From Pseudogymnoascus verrucosus (Eukaryota): a stretch of DNA of 64,000 bases. This document shows positions 12,701 to 23,609 of the stretch, in pieces. The stretch lies in NCBI GenBank assembly GCA_001662655.1, contig KV460248.1. The stretch is one strand, 5' to 3'. The number at the start of each line of letters is the position of its first letter. Position 1 is the stretch's first letter. A model generated the notes under the pieces. That model searched no databases and was not told where the DNA came from. It worked only from the letters and a program-made list of their open reading frames with translations. Made by a program: the position numbers and the translations under genes.

Positions 12701-14096
12701 GGCTTATTGGCTGGTGGTACGATGATATGTCTGGTATATGTTTACATAGTAGACAGGAGGCAGGCGGCTACTCTACATCATACTCTACATTTTACCCTTC
12801 TCGAAGCGCTATCGTGAGAATGGCGAGGGCAGCGAAGATCTCTCTTACATACAGCTTCCCCCCAAACCATCCCCCGCAAAACCATCTCTACTGTAGGAAC
12901 ACACACCACATCACGCCACATGGCAACCCGCCGTCTCACATGCCCTCCAAAAATCCCCCCTCCAAAATATCACCTCGCTCCCATCCGAACATCTCCACCA
13001 CCCCTCGCCTCAACCCGCCTCACCACCACCAACCTCACCTCAGGAAGCCAACCCATCCCCCTCCGCCGCGCCGTCCATCCACAAGCCGCATCCCACTTCC
13101 ACGCCCACCACACACCCCCGTCCCCAATCCAGACCCTCGCCATGGGCGCTTGCGAAAAGCCACAGGAGCGGGACCGGGGGGGTGCTGGACGAGGCTCAAA
13201 CGGCTCGGATTTCCTGAGGCTGGGCGAGCGGGCCGTGGTTCCCTTGGTGGTGATTGTGAGGGGGTGTGGCGCAGGTAGGGGTGTGGCGCGGGGATGGGGG
13301 TGAGCCACAGGTGGGTGGTGGTGGTGGTGGTATATAGGAGTGGTGAGCCTCGCGCGGTTAGGTATGGAGATGGACAAGGTAGGAATGAATTTCTTAACCA
13401 AAATCTGCGCGCTTTTTTGTTCGCTTTCTTTTATCTTGGATCGAATCTTATCTCATATCTGTCTTGGACTCGATGCAGGACAGATGCGGATAATCAGCCG
13501 CGCGCTGGTTATCTGCACGCCGGCCAACCATTGCATCGGAAGGAGCTATATCGCTGCTTGCTGCTGTATACCGGATTGGTGGGGTGTCTCTGCTCAGGGC
13601 AGTGAAGACCGCATGAGGTGAGTGATGGTCTTGGCTTTATTGGAAGCCGATATCTTTTTCACATTTCAGGAGGTTGACGGTTGGAACGACGCTTCTTGTG
13701 TCTGGAATAGGAGATTCCGAAATTGGTGAGCTGTTTTCCTTTGCGTTTTTTTGCATGTCTTGGTGTTTGCTTACTTGAGCTTTTCCACGAATCATGAAGC
13801 TTCATGAAGCCTCATGATGCTTTCTTGCGGATTTTTAAAATATTCTACCATCAAACTTGAGGACGAAAAAAATAAGATCCGCTCCCGCACACATACTCCC
13901 GCACGTTTCTTACCTTTCTGCACTCTTCTCTACAAGGCAACTAGGCTCCCGGGACCCATATAAAAACCTTCTTTCTTTCCTGGAGAATCACGAATATCAT
14001 ACTCACAATCACACCACCACCACCATCCCACACTTCCCGACCATCCAGCCAACCATCCCACATTTCCCAGCGACCCAACCAACCCAACCCAGCACA

Positions 14097-14607
14097 ATGC
14101 ACATCCCAACCCTCCTCCTCGCCCTCTCCGCAGCCACCACCGCCGTCCTCGTATCCCCAGTCGACACCTCCCCCGCCACCTCACTCAGTCCCCGCGCCAA
14201 TGCACTGCTAGCTGAGCGCGCTGGGGCGGGATGTGCATGGAATAATTGTCAGGAGTGTGAGAATTATTGTTTTAGGGGAGAGTTGTTGGGTGTCTCTATA
14301 CTTTCGGTGTTGTTGTCTTTGTTTTGATGGGGGGGAGGGGGGGGAGATGGTGATGGATGGGCGGGTGTGAGGTAGGGGTGGAATGAATTGGGGGGTTAGG
14401 AATGGCGGAGGAGGATTGGAGGGAGGATGAGGATGGGGAGCAGGAATGAGAATAGAGAGGAGGATGTGAGAGAAGATGGGGGAGAGGATGAGAAACAAAG
14501 CTGATGCCTAAAAAATAGATCTACCATGCCCACCAAACAAGTTCTGTGGGATCAACACCTCGGGATCTCTGATTCTTTGTGTCACGCTTGGGTGTTGCGC
14601 GAACTGA
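14097..14607 (+). CDS. Small secreted cysteine-rich protein, 2 exons (signal peptide, propeptide, Cys-rich mature part)
   Basis: TATAAAAA at about 13958. Exon 1 reads MHIPTLLLALSAATTAVLVSP..AER-AGAGCAWNNCQEC. Branch GCTGAT and acceptor TAG at 14518 precede exon 2, xLPCPPNKFCGINTSGSLILCVTLGCCAN*. The donor site is ambiguous. Confidence 0.7.
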
Positions 14608-14831
14608 GTCTTATCACCTCTCACATCTCCCCGCATTTGGGATAGGGGGGATTGTTTGTTTGTCGCATCGATGGTTGAGGGGCGTGTGTTGGGAGGGGGG
14701 GGGAGACGGGAGGCCAGGAGAGAAGAAGGGGAAGAAAGTAGGGGTAGGTAGGAGAGAATCTAGAGAGTGGGAGAGAATCTAGAGTGGTAGATTGAAAAGG
14801 GGGGGGGGGGGATATTATATTCTTTTACTTA

Positions 14832-15047
14832 CCCATATCATCAGCTCACGACCTGGGACGCCGTGCTCGCAGCTAGATTTATCATATTACGTTACCATGT
14901 TTTGGGGATTTGGTTTGACTCGATTTATGCCGTACAGTTGGTATTTATCTGGATCATACTGTACTATGATATATCCTTCAGCCCATATCATTACCACACG
15001 ACCTGGAACGCCATCTCATAGCTGGATTATGATATTACTTTACCATA
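14832..15047. repeat. Two diverged copies of a ~67-bp direct repeat, 150 bp apart
   Basis: CCCATATCATCAGCTCACGACCTGGGACGCC..ATATTACGTTACCAT (14832) versus CCCATATCATTACCACACGACCTGGAACGCC..ATATTACTTTACCAT (14982). Confidence 0.8.
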
Positions 15048-15257
15048 TCTCCAATTTTCAACGTGCTGTTGGGCTACGTACTCTATCTGAATATCCTTTT
15101 TACCAAAAAACATGTTCTATTACGCATATCACCCTACCCTACCATCCCATACCCTCCAAACTCACCAACCACACTCATTCCAACATCACATCCAACAACC
15201 AACCCAACTCTTGCTGACTGAACCCCGTTATTTGATGGCGTGAGATAGCCCAAGGCT

Positions 15258-15794
15258 CTATACGTATGAGTAGGCGGCTATAGCAGTGGTGAAGGCACCG
15301 GTTATCTGGGCCTTGATTGCCACCCCCCCAGACTTGAGAAGAAGAGGCTCGGCGCCTATGATAGCGTCCATATAGTTACTGAAAGCTGTGTTCAGAGAAT
15401 GGAGATCACTGAGCATAAGGGCTTGTCCACCCGCAATTTGGGCCCAACTTGGCTCTTGGAGTCCGATATTTTCCAACGTTGCCAGCAAATCCGGAACAAT
15501 GGCCTGGATATTTGCAAGGATGGTAGTACCAGACACTGTGCCAAAGGAGCCCGTGCTCTTAATGTTGGTAATCGCAGTATTCACAGTACTAACAAGGGTT
15601 TGTACGTCTCCGTGAATAGCCAGTGCCCCAGTCAAGCCGCTAGCAGGAAAGCCGCTTACATCCTTGTTAAGGGTGTTGATTTGAGGGCCAATCTTTTGCG
15701 TTATATCGTTCTGAACCGTAATGACGTCGCGGTAGACGAGGGGCGTTGCGGAGGCAGTTAAAGCCAAGACGAGGAGCTTAATGATAGCCACCAT
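15258..15794 (-). CDS. Secreted HsbA (hydrophobic surface binding protein A) / Mp1-like helical protein
   Basis: 178 aa, signal peptide MVAIIKLLVLALTASA, YR-DVITVQNDI start, amphipathic helices without Cys, and the typical C-terminal AFTTAIAAYS. Confidence 0.8.
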   Translation of the reverse strand: MVAIIKLLVLALTASATPLVYRDVITVQNDITQKIGPQINTLNKDVSGFPASGLTGALAIHGDVQTLVSTVNTAITNIKSTGSFGTVSGTTILANIQAIVPDLLATLENIGLQEPSWAQIAGGQALMLSDLHSLNTAFSNYMDAIIGAEPLLLKSGGVAIKAQITGAFTTAIAAYSYV

Positions 15795-16962
15795 TTTTAT
15801 ATCCTTTAAGGGTTAATAAAAGGGCATTGACAACTTGCGTTTAAAAAGGGGCTAGATTTTATACCTGTTCGAGTATTTTGGTATGTTTTGATGACTAGAA
15901 TTGTTTAGGGTAGGTGATATAGGAGAACCCCTTGAACTTTATAGTCTTTCACCCTTGTTAGACCCTAGAAAGCAAACAAAAGAATACCTGTATTGCCTGG
16001 CCGTTACACTAGCCTGTCTGGTGTCAAAATTCGGGATTGTTATATGCACTAGCTACAATTTGTCAAGGGTAAACCGCTTTGCTTAGGCCGTTTCCACAAA
16101 GTGTCTTAGCTACGCCAGCCACTTTGTCTGCCTTTCCGCTGCTAAGCTTCTAACGATACTATACCTTTAAGACAATCACCAAATTAGTACAGTTCAGCCG
16201 GCCAGCTAACTAGAATGTCTCGGACAGTTTGCCTGCTATGAGTGTTCTCGATATATTGTTTCGAAACAAAGTGATCGCATTTGAATTCTCGTTGGCTATC
16301 ATAGTTAAACGTGGCGCCGTGAACAGCGAGATATGAGCTGAGGATCGTGTCACAGCCATTTTAGTCGCCTGCGCCGTGATCACCGCTTTATTAATTTGAG
16401 GCATCGTTGCAAATAGGGACCTCTTTCATTCTGCCCGTTGTAAGACAGCGGTTCGTTCAGAACTTATCTTCTTCCGTCTATAATTCGGGCTTATACATTG
16501 TATGAGATAGTTGTAAGTTATTTAGTTATCGTCAATAATACCTGCAAATTTGAAAGTTTAGTAAGTTGTCCTGTCGCAGACGAAGCCCGTCGGCCGCAGG
16601 TACTGTGAGCACGAACGAATGGTCTTGTGCCACAATACAAGACATTGTTGGTTGATTAGCTGAATGCGTTATTCATTTAGCGAGCGCTAATTGGTCGTGC
16701 TATCGTTAGGGTATGGTAGTGTTGGCTAGCTCCCTCGGTAGTTTTACGGCTCTCTCATTTAACTCGTAGATGCCAAAAACAGCCCCTGCGGTAAAGCTTT
16801 AAGGGGTATACATGATTACACGCAGATCCGTGTCACGTGGTCACGTGGTTTCGTGACAACTCCGCAACGCGCTGTACAGAACCATACTGGGTGGATCCGT
16901 GAATGTGGCGGCCCGTCGACTCAGTGAGAAGCCGATCAGCAGGGCTGAGCGGATCTGGCAGC

Positions 16963-17301
16963 TTGCCATGGCTGAAGCAAAGGCATGAGGGAGGTTACAG
17001 TACCGTAGAAGCACAGCACTGTAGAAGCACGGCACCGTAGAAGCACGGCACCTTGTAGGCACGGCACCGTAGAAGCGTTGTAGAACTCTCCTGATGCTAC
17101 GACCGACATTTGTTTTGTCCATGGCCTCACAGTGAGCCGAGACAGTACATGGATAGCCTTAAAACAGTCCATCCCATGGCCGACCATGCTGCTGCCACCC
17201 AAGCTTCCCCGTGCCCGCTTGCTCACGTGGGGATACGACGACGCCTACGCTGTGCGAGGCTCCGTCGCGTCGAAGAACCGGCTTATCGACCATGCCATAC
17301 A
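16963..17301 (+). pseudogene. Fragment of a SesB-like alpha/beta-hydrolase (N-terminal effector domain of fungal NLR-type proteins)
   Basis: PDATTDICFVHGLTVSRDSTW..PWPTMLLPPKLPRARLLTWGYDDAY..VASKNRLIDHA. It has an upstream frameshift (EG/VTV), a minisatellite insertion, an in-frame TAG at 17081, and truncation before the GxSxG nucleophile motif. Confidence 0.75.
17002..17076. repeat. 15-bp minisatellite (GCACCGTAGAAGCAC-type unit), about 5 copies
   Basis: accgtagaagcacag cactgtagaagcacgg caccgtagaagcacgg caccttgtaggcacgg caccgtagaagc. Confidence 0.9.
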
Positions 17302-17675
17302 TGTTGAACTGCGCTTAGTAGGTTCCGTAGGATAGTGGTATGATAATTAGAGTAGTGGTATGATAATTTCCGTATCACCAGTAGGACCCAATTGATCAGA
17401 AGTGAGAAGCGTATATACTAGTAATAGTTAGATTTTAGTGTTTTTATAGCTTACTTACTTATATAGCTTACTTGCTTATAGAATACATTAAGAGATATAA
17501 GGATTTAATTATAGTTAAATAAGGGTTATTATATAAGATAGTAGTATAGTAGTAGTAGTAATAGTTGATTTATTAGTGTTTTAGTAGGCAACTTGCTTAT
17601 ATAGGCAACTTATATATAAATTACGTTATATATATTTTTAGTAGTTTTAATAATTAACAACGTTAGCAGTTAACA
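17302..17675. mobile_element. AT-rich, RIP-like degenerate repeat, possibly a solo LTR
   Basis: Sharp drop in GC with abundant TpA and scarce CpA/TpG. It begins TGTTGA exactly where hydrolase similarity stops, with candidate ends TTAACA at 17659 or 17675. No target-site duplication is seen. Confidence 0.55.
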
Positions 17676-18433
17676 AAGCTAATTATTAGAGTTAAGCCCT
17701 CTATGCTGTTTTCCTACTCATTTTATTATTATTATTGATCTTATCTATTAATTCCCTCGCCCGCTAAGATCTTCATCTGCCTTGGGTATATTTACACCAT
17801 CACCACACCCAACATCAAGGCTCCATAGCACACCAGCCCTGCTCCATTGCAGCATCAAACAACCATTAACCCTCAAGGTTCACTAATGACATCAATACAT
17901 AACCGCATAGGACCAACACCCCCCCTCATCGCCGCATCCCATCAACAACTCCCATAACCCCCATCCAAACCAACAAAAACTCCAAGTTTTCACATGCCCC
18001 AACCCAAACACAAACACATGATATCGAAAATACCAACCTCAACCACATTCCTCATGTTATCATCACAGCGCATGAAACCGCCCTGCCAAGAATGTATATC
18101 CTAGCTAAGCAGCACATCACCACCATGAAACCACTCACCCGCATCCCGCAGTGACGAAAACACCCCGCGGGGTCTGCAATCCGCATTCCTTCCCACATCT
18201 CTTTCCAAGACATCGGCTGCGATCCCTGAACCACCACAGCACCCACTCACCACCATTCCCCACGGAGGGAGGGGACGTGGGGAACTTCAGCCCCATCGGA
18301 ATGGAGTAAACTACTAGGTATCACCTACAGCACAAAGCGGAGCGGGGACCGAAAAGCACAGTTGTAAAACGGGTTACCGAGGAGGATCAATTTCTGCGGA
18401 GGAACGCGGGGAGAGGAAGGCGGGACTGGGGAA

Positions 18434-18545
18434 CTTACCTTACCTTACCTTACCTTACCTTGCCGATAGATAGATAGATACCCTGCCGACTTGACTTGAG
18501 TGAGTGAGGGAGGGACCCTCTTCCCCGACCCCGACCCTCTCTTCC
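18434..18545. repeat. Compound microsatellite tract: (CTTAC)n, (GATA)n, (ACTTG)n, (GAGT)n
   Basis: Adjacent short tandem repeats read directly. Confidence 0.8.
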
Positions 18546-21159
18546 GATGATCCACTATCTAGATAGAGTAAACGTCGCGAGAGAGGGGTGATGGGGTGGG
18601 TAAGGGATGTGAACTGGATGGTGATGGTTTTGTTGTCTAGTGTTTCTGTTTCTGTTACTGCTGTCTACCGTTTCTGTTACTGGTGGTGTTGGTACTGTCT
18701 GTCGTTGGCACTGCTGGTGCTGATACCGTAGCGGCTCTTTTACCCGACAATTCGCCGCAGATACAATACCACACACAGTAACGGCAGCCGATCTCACGTG
18801 GGTGCTGTGGTGTGGGAGATCGTTGGTAACGGGAGGATAACCGTGGTGCGTGGTACTGTACGTGGTTTGGACGCGGGTGTGGCTGTTTGGATCGTCGAGA
18901 CGGGATGGGATGGGATGGCCGGTGGTGGTACTGCAGATGGGCTGTGCTGTGTGTGAGGTATGGAAGGCGGTGGGCGGTGTTCTACAGTACTATGTACAGT
19001 ATGTATGAGGCGAGAGAAGGAAACGCGTATACCGACGACGGCCTTGCCGGATAGATGCAGTAGATATATGATCAATGGCTTTATTGCCTGCTACTGCGAC
19101 TTTGTTCCCGTTAAACCACCTGTCGTCATTTCTCCTTATCGATGGTGTTCGGAAAGTACCACTCATAAACACAAATCACACCCAAAACCCAAAGATACCT
19201 CTCCCCCCAGCTGAGACAGCTGTCTCATACCTACCAAACCACCCAAACCACCCAAAACCACCAAAACACGTGACCGCACACCACACAACACCACATGTGA
19301 AACCACCCCCGTAACCACAGCCAACGAAAGCCAAGTGGAGCACGTGCTATCCGCCGGTCTAGTCAGAAGCCGGGCTCCACACATGTACCCCTTTTCGTAT
19401 ATGTACTACTCCGCTTTTAGAACTAGAGCTATTTTGGGGGGCTTGCGGTTCCCTGCAGTAATGTACCCTGTGGCGGTGGTGGTGGTGGTGGGCCGATTAG
19501 CGACCCATCTGGGCTGTGGAAGGGCACACGTCAGGATGCACCAAGACTGGTGATGGGCTGGGCGGGGGGCGATTGTCATTTCAGTGGTGTGTTGATGGGG
19601 GGCGTGAGCGGAGATGAGGTGGTGAGGGTGCGTGCTGTTAGTATGGTGTACTATAGACATAGACGGAGATATAGGCGAAAAGAGGATTGCGCTGTTTGTG
19701 GCAGTGCGTGCAGTTGTAGTAGGATTAGATGTTATGCGTAGAGTGTAGAGTGTTGGTCTTGGTATTGGGTAAAAGAGCTGGGCAGGAAGGAAGGAAGGAG
19801 GGAGTTTCGTATCGGGTTCATTTCAATAGCATTGGCATTATCACGTTCACTTCTTGTGTGGTGGGAGTACTCGTGTGGTGGCGCCTGTCTTTCAGCTGCC
19901 ACTGCAGGGTTATGTACACTTCCGCACGGCACAGTATGGGTACGGTACATGGCTGATGTCTGTCTGTCGTGCGTTGGACACACACCCACATCCACAACCC
20001 CATCGACTTTCACATGCTCATAGAAGGGTGGCACGATCCTGCACAGAAAAAAAAGAAGAAAACGCCCGAAAAGGCCGAGCGACCTAGAATGTGCGGGGTG
20101 TCCGATCCACTTTCTCCAATCCCCTTGAACGTCTAGACGTCTATACACGCTATGATTGGATTTTGTTGACAGGCTTAGTCTGCTTTGGGCAAGTGGATGG
20201 GAGGGGGGATTGGGGTCGGTTGCAGGGATGGAAGGGTGGCGGGTGGAGACGTTCACGAGCCATTTGGTTGCGATGAGTGTGTAAGGGTTGGTAAGGGGGG
20301 ATGGTGATTGGGCAATCGGGGTACTGGGGAGGGGGGGCTTGGCGTCATGAGTGGCATTGTGGTGGCTGGATGGGGGATAGGGTGGTTAGTGTGGTTAGGG
20401 GTGGTAAGGGTGGTTGAGTACCCTTGGCTATTTGGTGAAGTACCTCCAATCCACTACACCTATTCTCTCTCCACCATCCCTCCACCATCCCTCCACATTC
20501 CCCATCCTCCCTCCCCATCACCCCCTCCCCTTCTCCCCTCCCCTCCACTCCACTCCCTCCACTCCCTTCACACCCCCCTGTCCTTCTCCATCTCCCACAG
20601 AAAAGAAGCACGGGTCACTACTCTATCTTTCCTCATACTTGCTACCTTCGCTTGCACTGCTTCAACTATGGGGTACTTCTACTCACACCCATTCTACACT
20701 GCTCCCCAATGTCCCAAATGTGCCCACATGTCGCCTCACGAGCCCCAGCTAAAACCCTACTAGACTGCTATTTCACTACTACCATACTAAACTACTAAAC
20801 ACTACTAAACCACTACTAACCAAACCAACTCAATGCAATACCCAATATCCTAAACCTATTCGGGACTTAGTCCTCCCCCCGACTGACAAACTCCTAATTT
20901 CACATATCTTCCTCCCAATCCCCTCTAGAAAACGAGCTCGATTTGTTCTCATACTTCTTCATCGTCGACCTTCGTCCTCTCCTCCCCGTCGTCGCTCTCC
21001 CTAATACTCGCCTCAATCTCTCCTTCAGAAGACGATCCCCCTTTCGATTCTCACCTGCGTCCCAACTTCCCATCCAGGTCGCGCATTTAACCGTCTACTT
21101 CAAATCAACCCAAACAACACCCCCGACGTTTCGCCGTTTTCACTTATAAACGAGCAGCT

Positions 21160-22272
21160 ATGAGTCTTAATAAGGGCGAGACTGGCGATAGCCAGGTCGA
21201 GAATAACATCGAGAACGCCGAGAAGCCCCAGAGAGGCAAGTTCATGACTCTCGTCAGGAAGTACTGGTGGGTGCTCGTGATCATGTTCTGCTGCGGTGTG
21301 CTCATCGTAACTCTTCCTCTGTAAGTTATACCCTAAAACCGGCTTATTGCCATCTATCGCCTCCGCGCGCGCGCATCTCCTCTAACAAGCACTCCCCACA
21401 GCGTCCTCGTCGGGTTCCCCCGCATCATCCAGGACAAGGTCAACAAGTCCACCCTGAGCATCGACGGCATCTCCGTCACCAACACCAAGACGAACACCGT
21501 GCAGATCTCCATCAACTCCACCGTATCGAGCTCCAACTCCATCCCCGCCGTCGTCGACGGCTTCGACGCCATCATGTACCTCGAGGACAAGCTCCCGCAC
21601 ACCCCCATCATGACCCTCCGCATGCCCGAGACCAAGACCGGCCTGGCCATCGTCAACGTCACCCAGGAGATCAACGGCACCGCCCTCCAGCCCTTCATCG
21701 ACTTCAACTCGTGGTACCTCTGGAACTCGTCCCTGGCCGTCACCATCGAGGGCGAGACGCACGTGCACGTCAAGGGCCTCAAGGCCGCAAAGGTCTCCTT
21801 CAAGAAGACTGTCACCCTCGTCGGCATCAACGGCTTCAAGGGCCTCGCGGTCACCAAGGCCAACGTCTCCCTCTCTACCGGCGAGAACTTCCACGGCTAC
21901 GCAAACATCCCCAACCCCTCCATCCTCACCTTCGAGGTCGGCAACGCCACCTTCGCAAACTACTTTGAGCAGGAGAAGATCGGAACTCTGTACATCGACG
22001 ACATGTTCATCCGCCCGGGAATCAACAACGTCAGCGTCCGCGCAGAAATCGAGCAGGCGCCCATCCTCCTCGCCCTCCGCAAGAAGCCGTACTGTACCGA
22101 TGGTGTCATGCCTTTCGATCTTATGGGCGAGAGCGTCATCAACCACGGACAGCCGCTGCCGTACTTCGCTGATGCGCTTGCGCTTCACGCTCAGTCTACG
22201 TCGATTGGTGTTGGAGAGGCGCTTTTCGAGACTACTGGAGCGAAGTTATATAACTGCTCTGGTGCTGCTTAA
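21160..22272 (+). CDS. DUF3712-family single-pass membrane protein, 2 exons
   Basis: MSLNKGE..RKYWWVLVIMFCCGVLIVTLPL|VLVGFPRIIQDKVNKS..KKTVTLVGINGFKG..NFHGYANIPNPSILTFEVGNATF..GESVINHGQPLPYF. Intron about 21320-21401. Confidence 0.8.
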
Positions 22273-23609
22273 GTGGGTGTGTTGAGTTGAGTTGAGTGGG
22301 TGGTTGTTGTTGTTGTTGTTGTTGTCATGTCACGAATATGCGTTTGGATCTTATACTTTGTTTAATCTCGGGATGCAATTTGTTGCAGTGCTACTGTGAG
22401 GGGAGGGAAGAGGAGGAGGAGACGGACGAGAGAAAGGAGGAGGAAGGAAGAGAGGGGACTGTAGATAGGATTGATAGGATGATAAAATACCCAGTTTCGC
22501 GTTTTTTCAACACACAGAACAAAAACGGCCATCTATCACTCAGAAACCATATTTCCCCCCAATTGACATCTTGTGACATCGTTCTAACTCGGGAAAGTGA
22601 TTTCTTCGATTTTGTCCTAATTCCACCAGAATCGGTCCCTGAGACAGAATCTCCAAATCCCCAACTCCTCCAAACGCCATAACCCCAATTCCTACCGCCA
22701 CCACCACCCGGATCGTCACACACCACGCCACGCTCAAAAATCCAACCCGCGACAAACATGTCTCAAACCACCCCGAACCTTAACCTTCAAAAAACCACGC
22801 CTCCAACAAAAAAGTCTCACATCACCAACCTCACTTTCTTACGACGTCGTCTCCAACCCCGCAACACACTAAACCCCAGACTTTAGCACACTCCGGGGAT
22901 GGGATGGGTAGAGCTTCTTTCCCCAGTCCCCTCCCCCAGAGTCCCTCCCCCAGAGAGGTCCCAGCTTACCCCGAGGCCCGCATCCTCTCAGTACCCTCCC
23001 CCAGAATACAAGATGCTTGGTTGTACTGTACTACTTTTGCTGTACACCGAGTACACCGAGATGCGAGATCTGGAAGTCGTGCGTGTGGTGGGATTGACAT
23101 GTGATACCACCCCGGTCGCGTTCGTTGGCGAGCGGCTCGGTCGCATGTGAATTTCTTGGCGCTGGATGGCCGACGTGCCGAGCGGGCAGGGGAGCGAGCC
23201 GCATGCTGTACAGAGGAATGGGAGTGCGTGAGCCGAGAGGAGGGTGTGTGCGGAGAGTACCGTGTGCTGCTGGAGTACATATGCAGAGCGGTTGGTTATT
23301 TGTGGAGATGAGGGAGTCTGAGATGTAGAGGGATGGTTGGGGGGGTTGTTTGAAGTGTCCTTGTTTGAAGTATGGTATGAGAGACGAGGGACGGGATGCT
23401 GTGTCGTCGATCGTTGATAGTGCTGTAGGGGTCAGGGTGGACAGGGCAGGGAGGGGTAGGGAAGTTGGTATGCAAGTTTTTATTAAGGTACAGGAACTGG
23501 TAAAGGTACGGGAAGATAAAAGTGACGCCATATATGCCCACCGCCGTTATATCCAACCTTATCTATCCCAATATCTATCCCACTATCATCATCATCATCA
23601 CCACCAGCC

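Noticed and set aside
12098..13621. Several overlapping 100-200 aa ORFs
   Set aside because: Pro/His- or Gly/Val-rich products explained by the C-rich and G-rich skew blocks, with no recognisable domain.
16834..16847. Tandem GTCACGTGG E-boxes (Cbf1/bHLH-like)
   Set aside because: The motif is short and its nearest target is a pseudogene, so no function can be supported.
23125..23205. GC-rich possible stem (GCGGCTCG..CGAGCCGC) enclosing an Sm-like AATTTCTTGG
   Set aside because: No snRNA or snoRNA consensus is recognisable. An 8-bp stem is expected by chance in GC-rich DNA; a covariance search would be needed.
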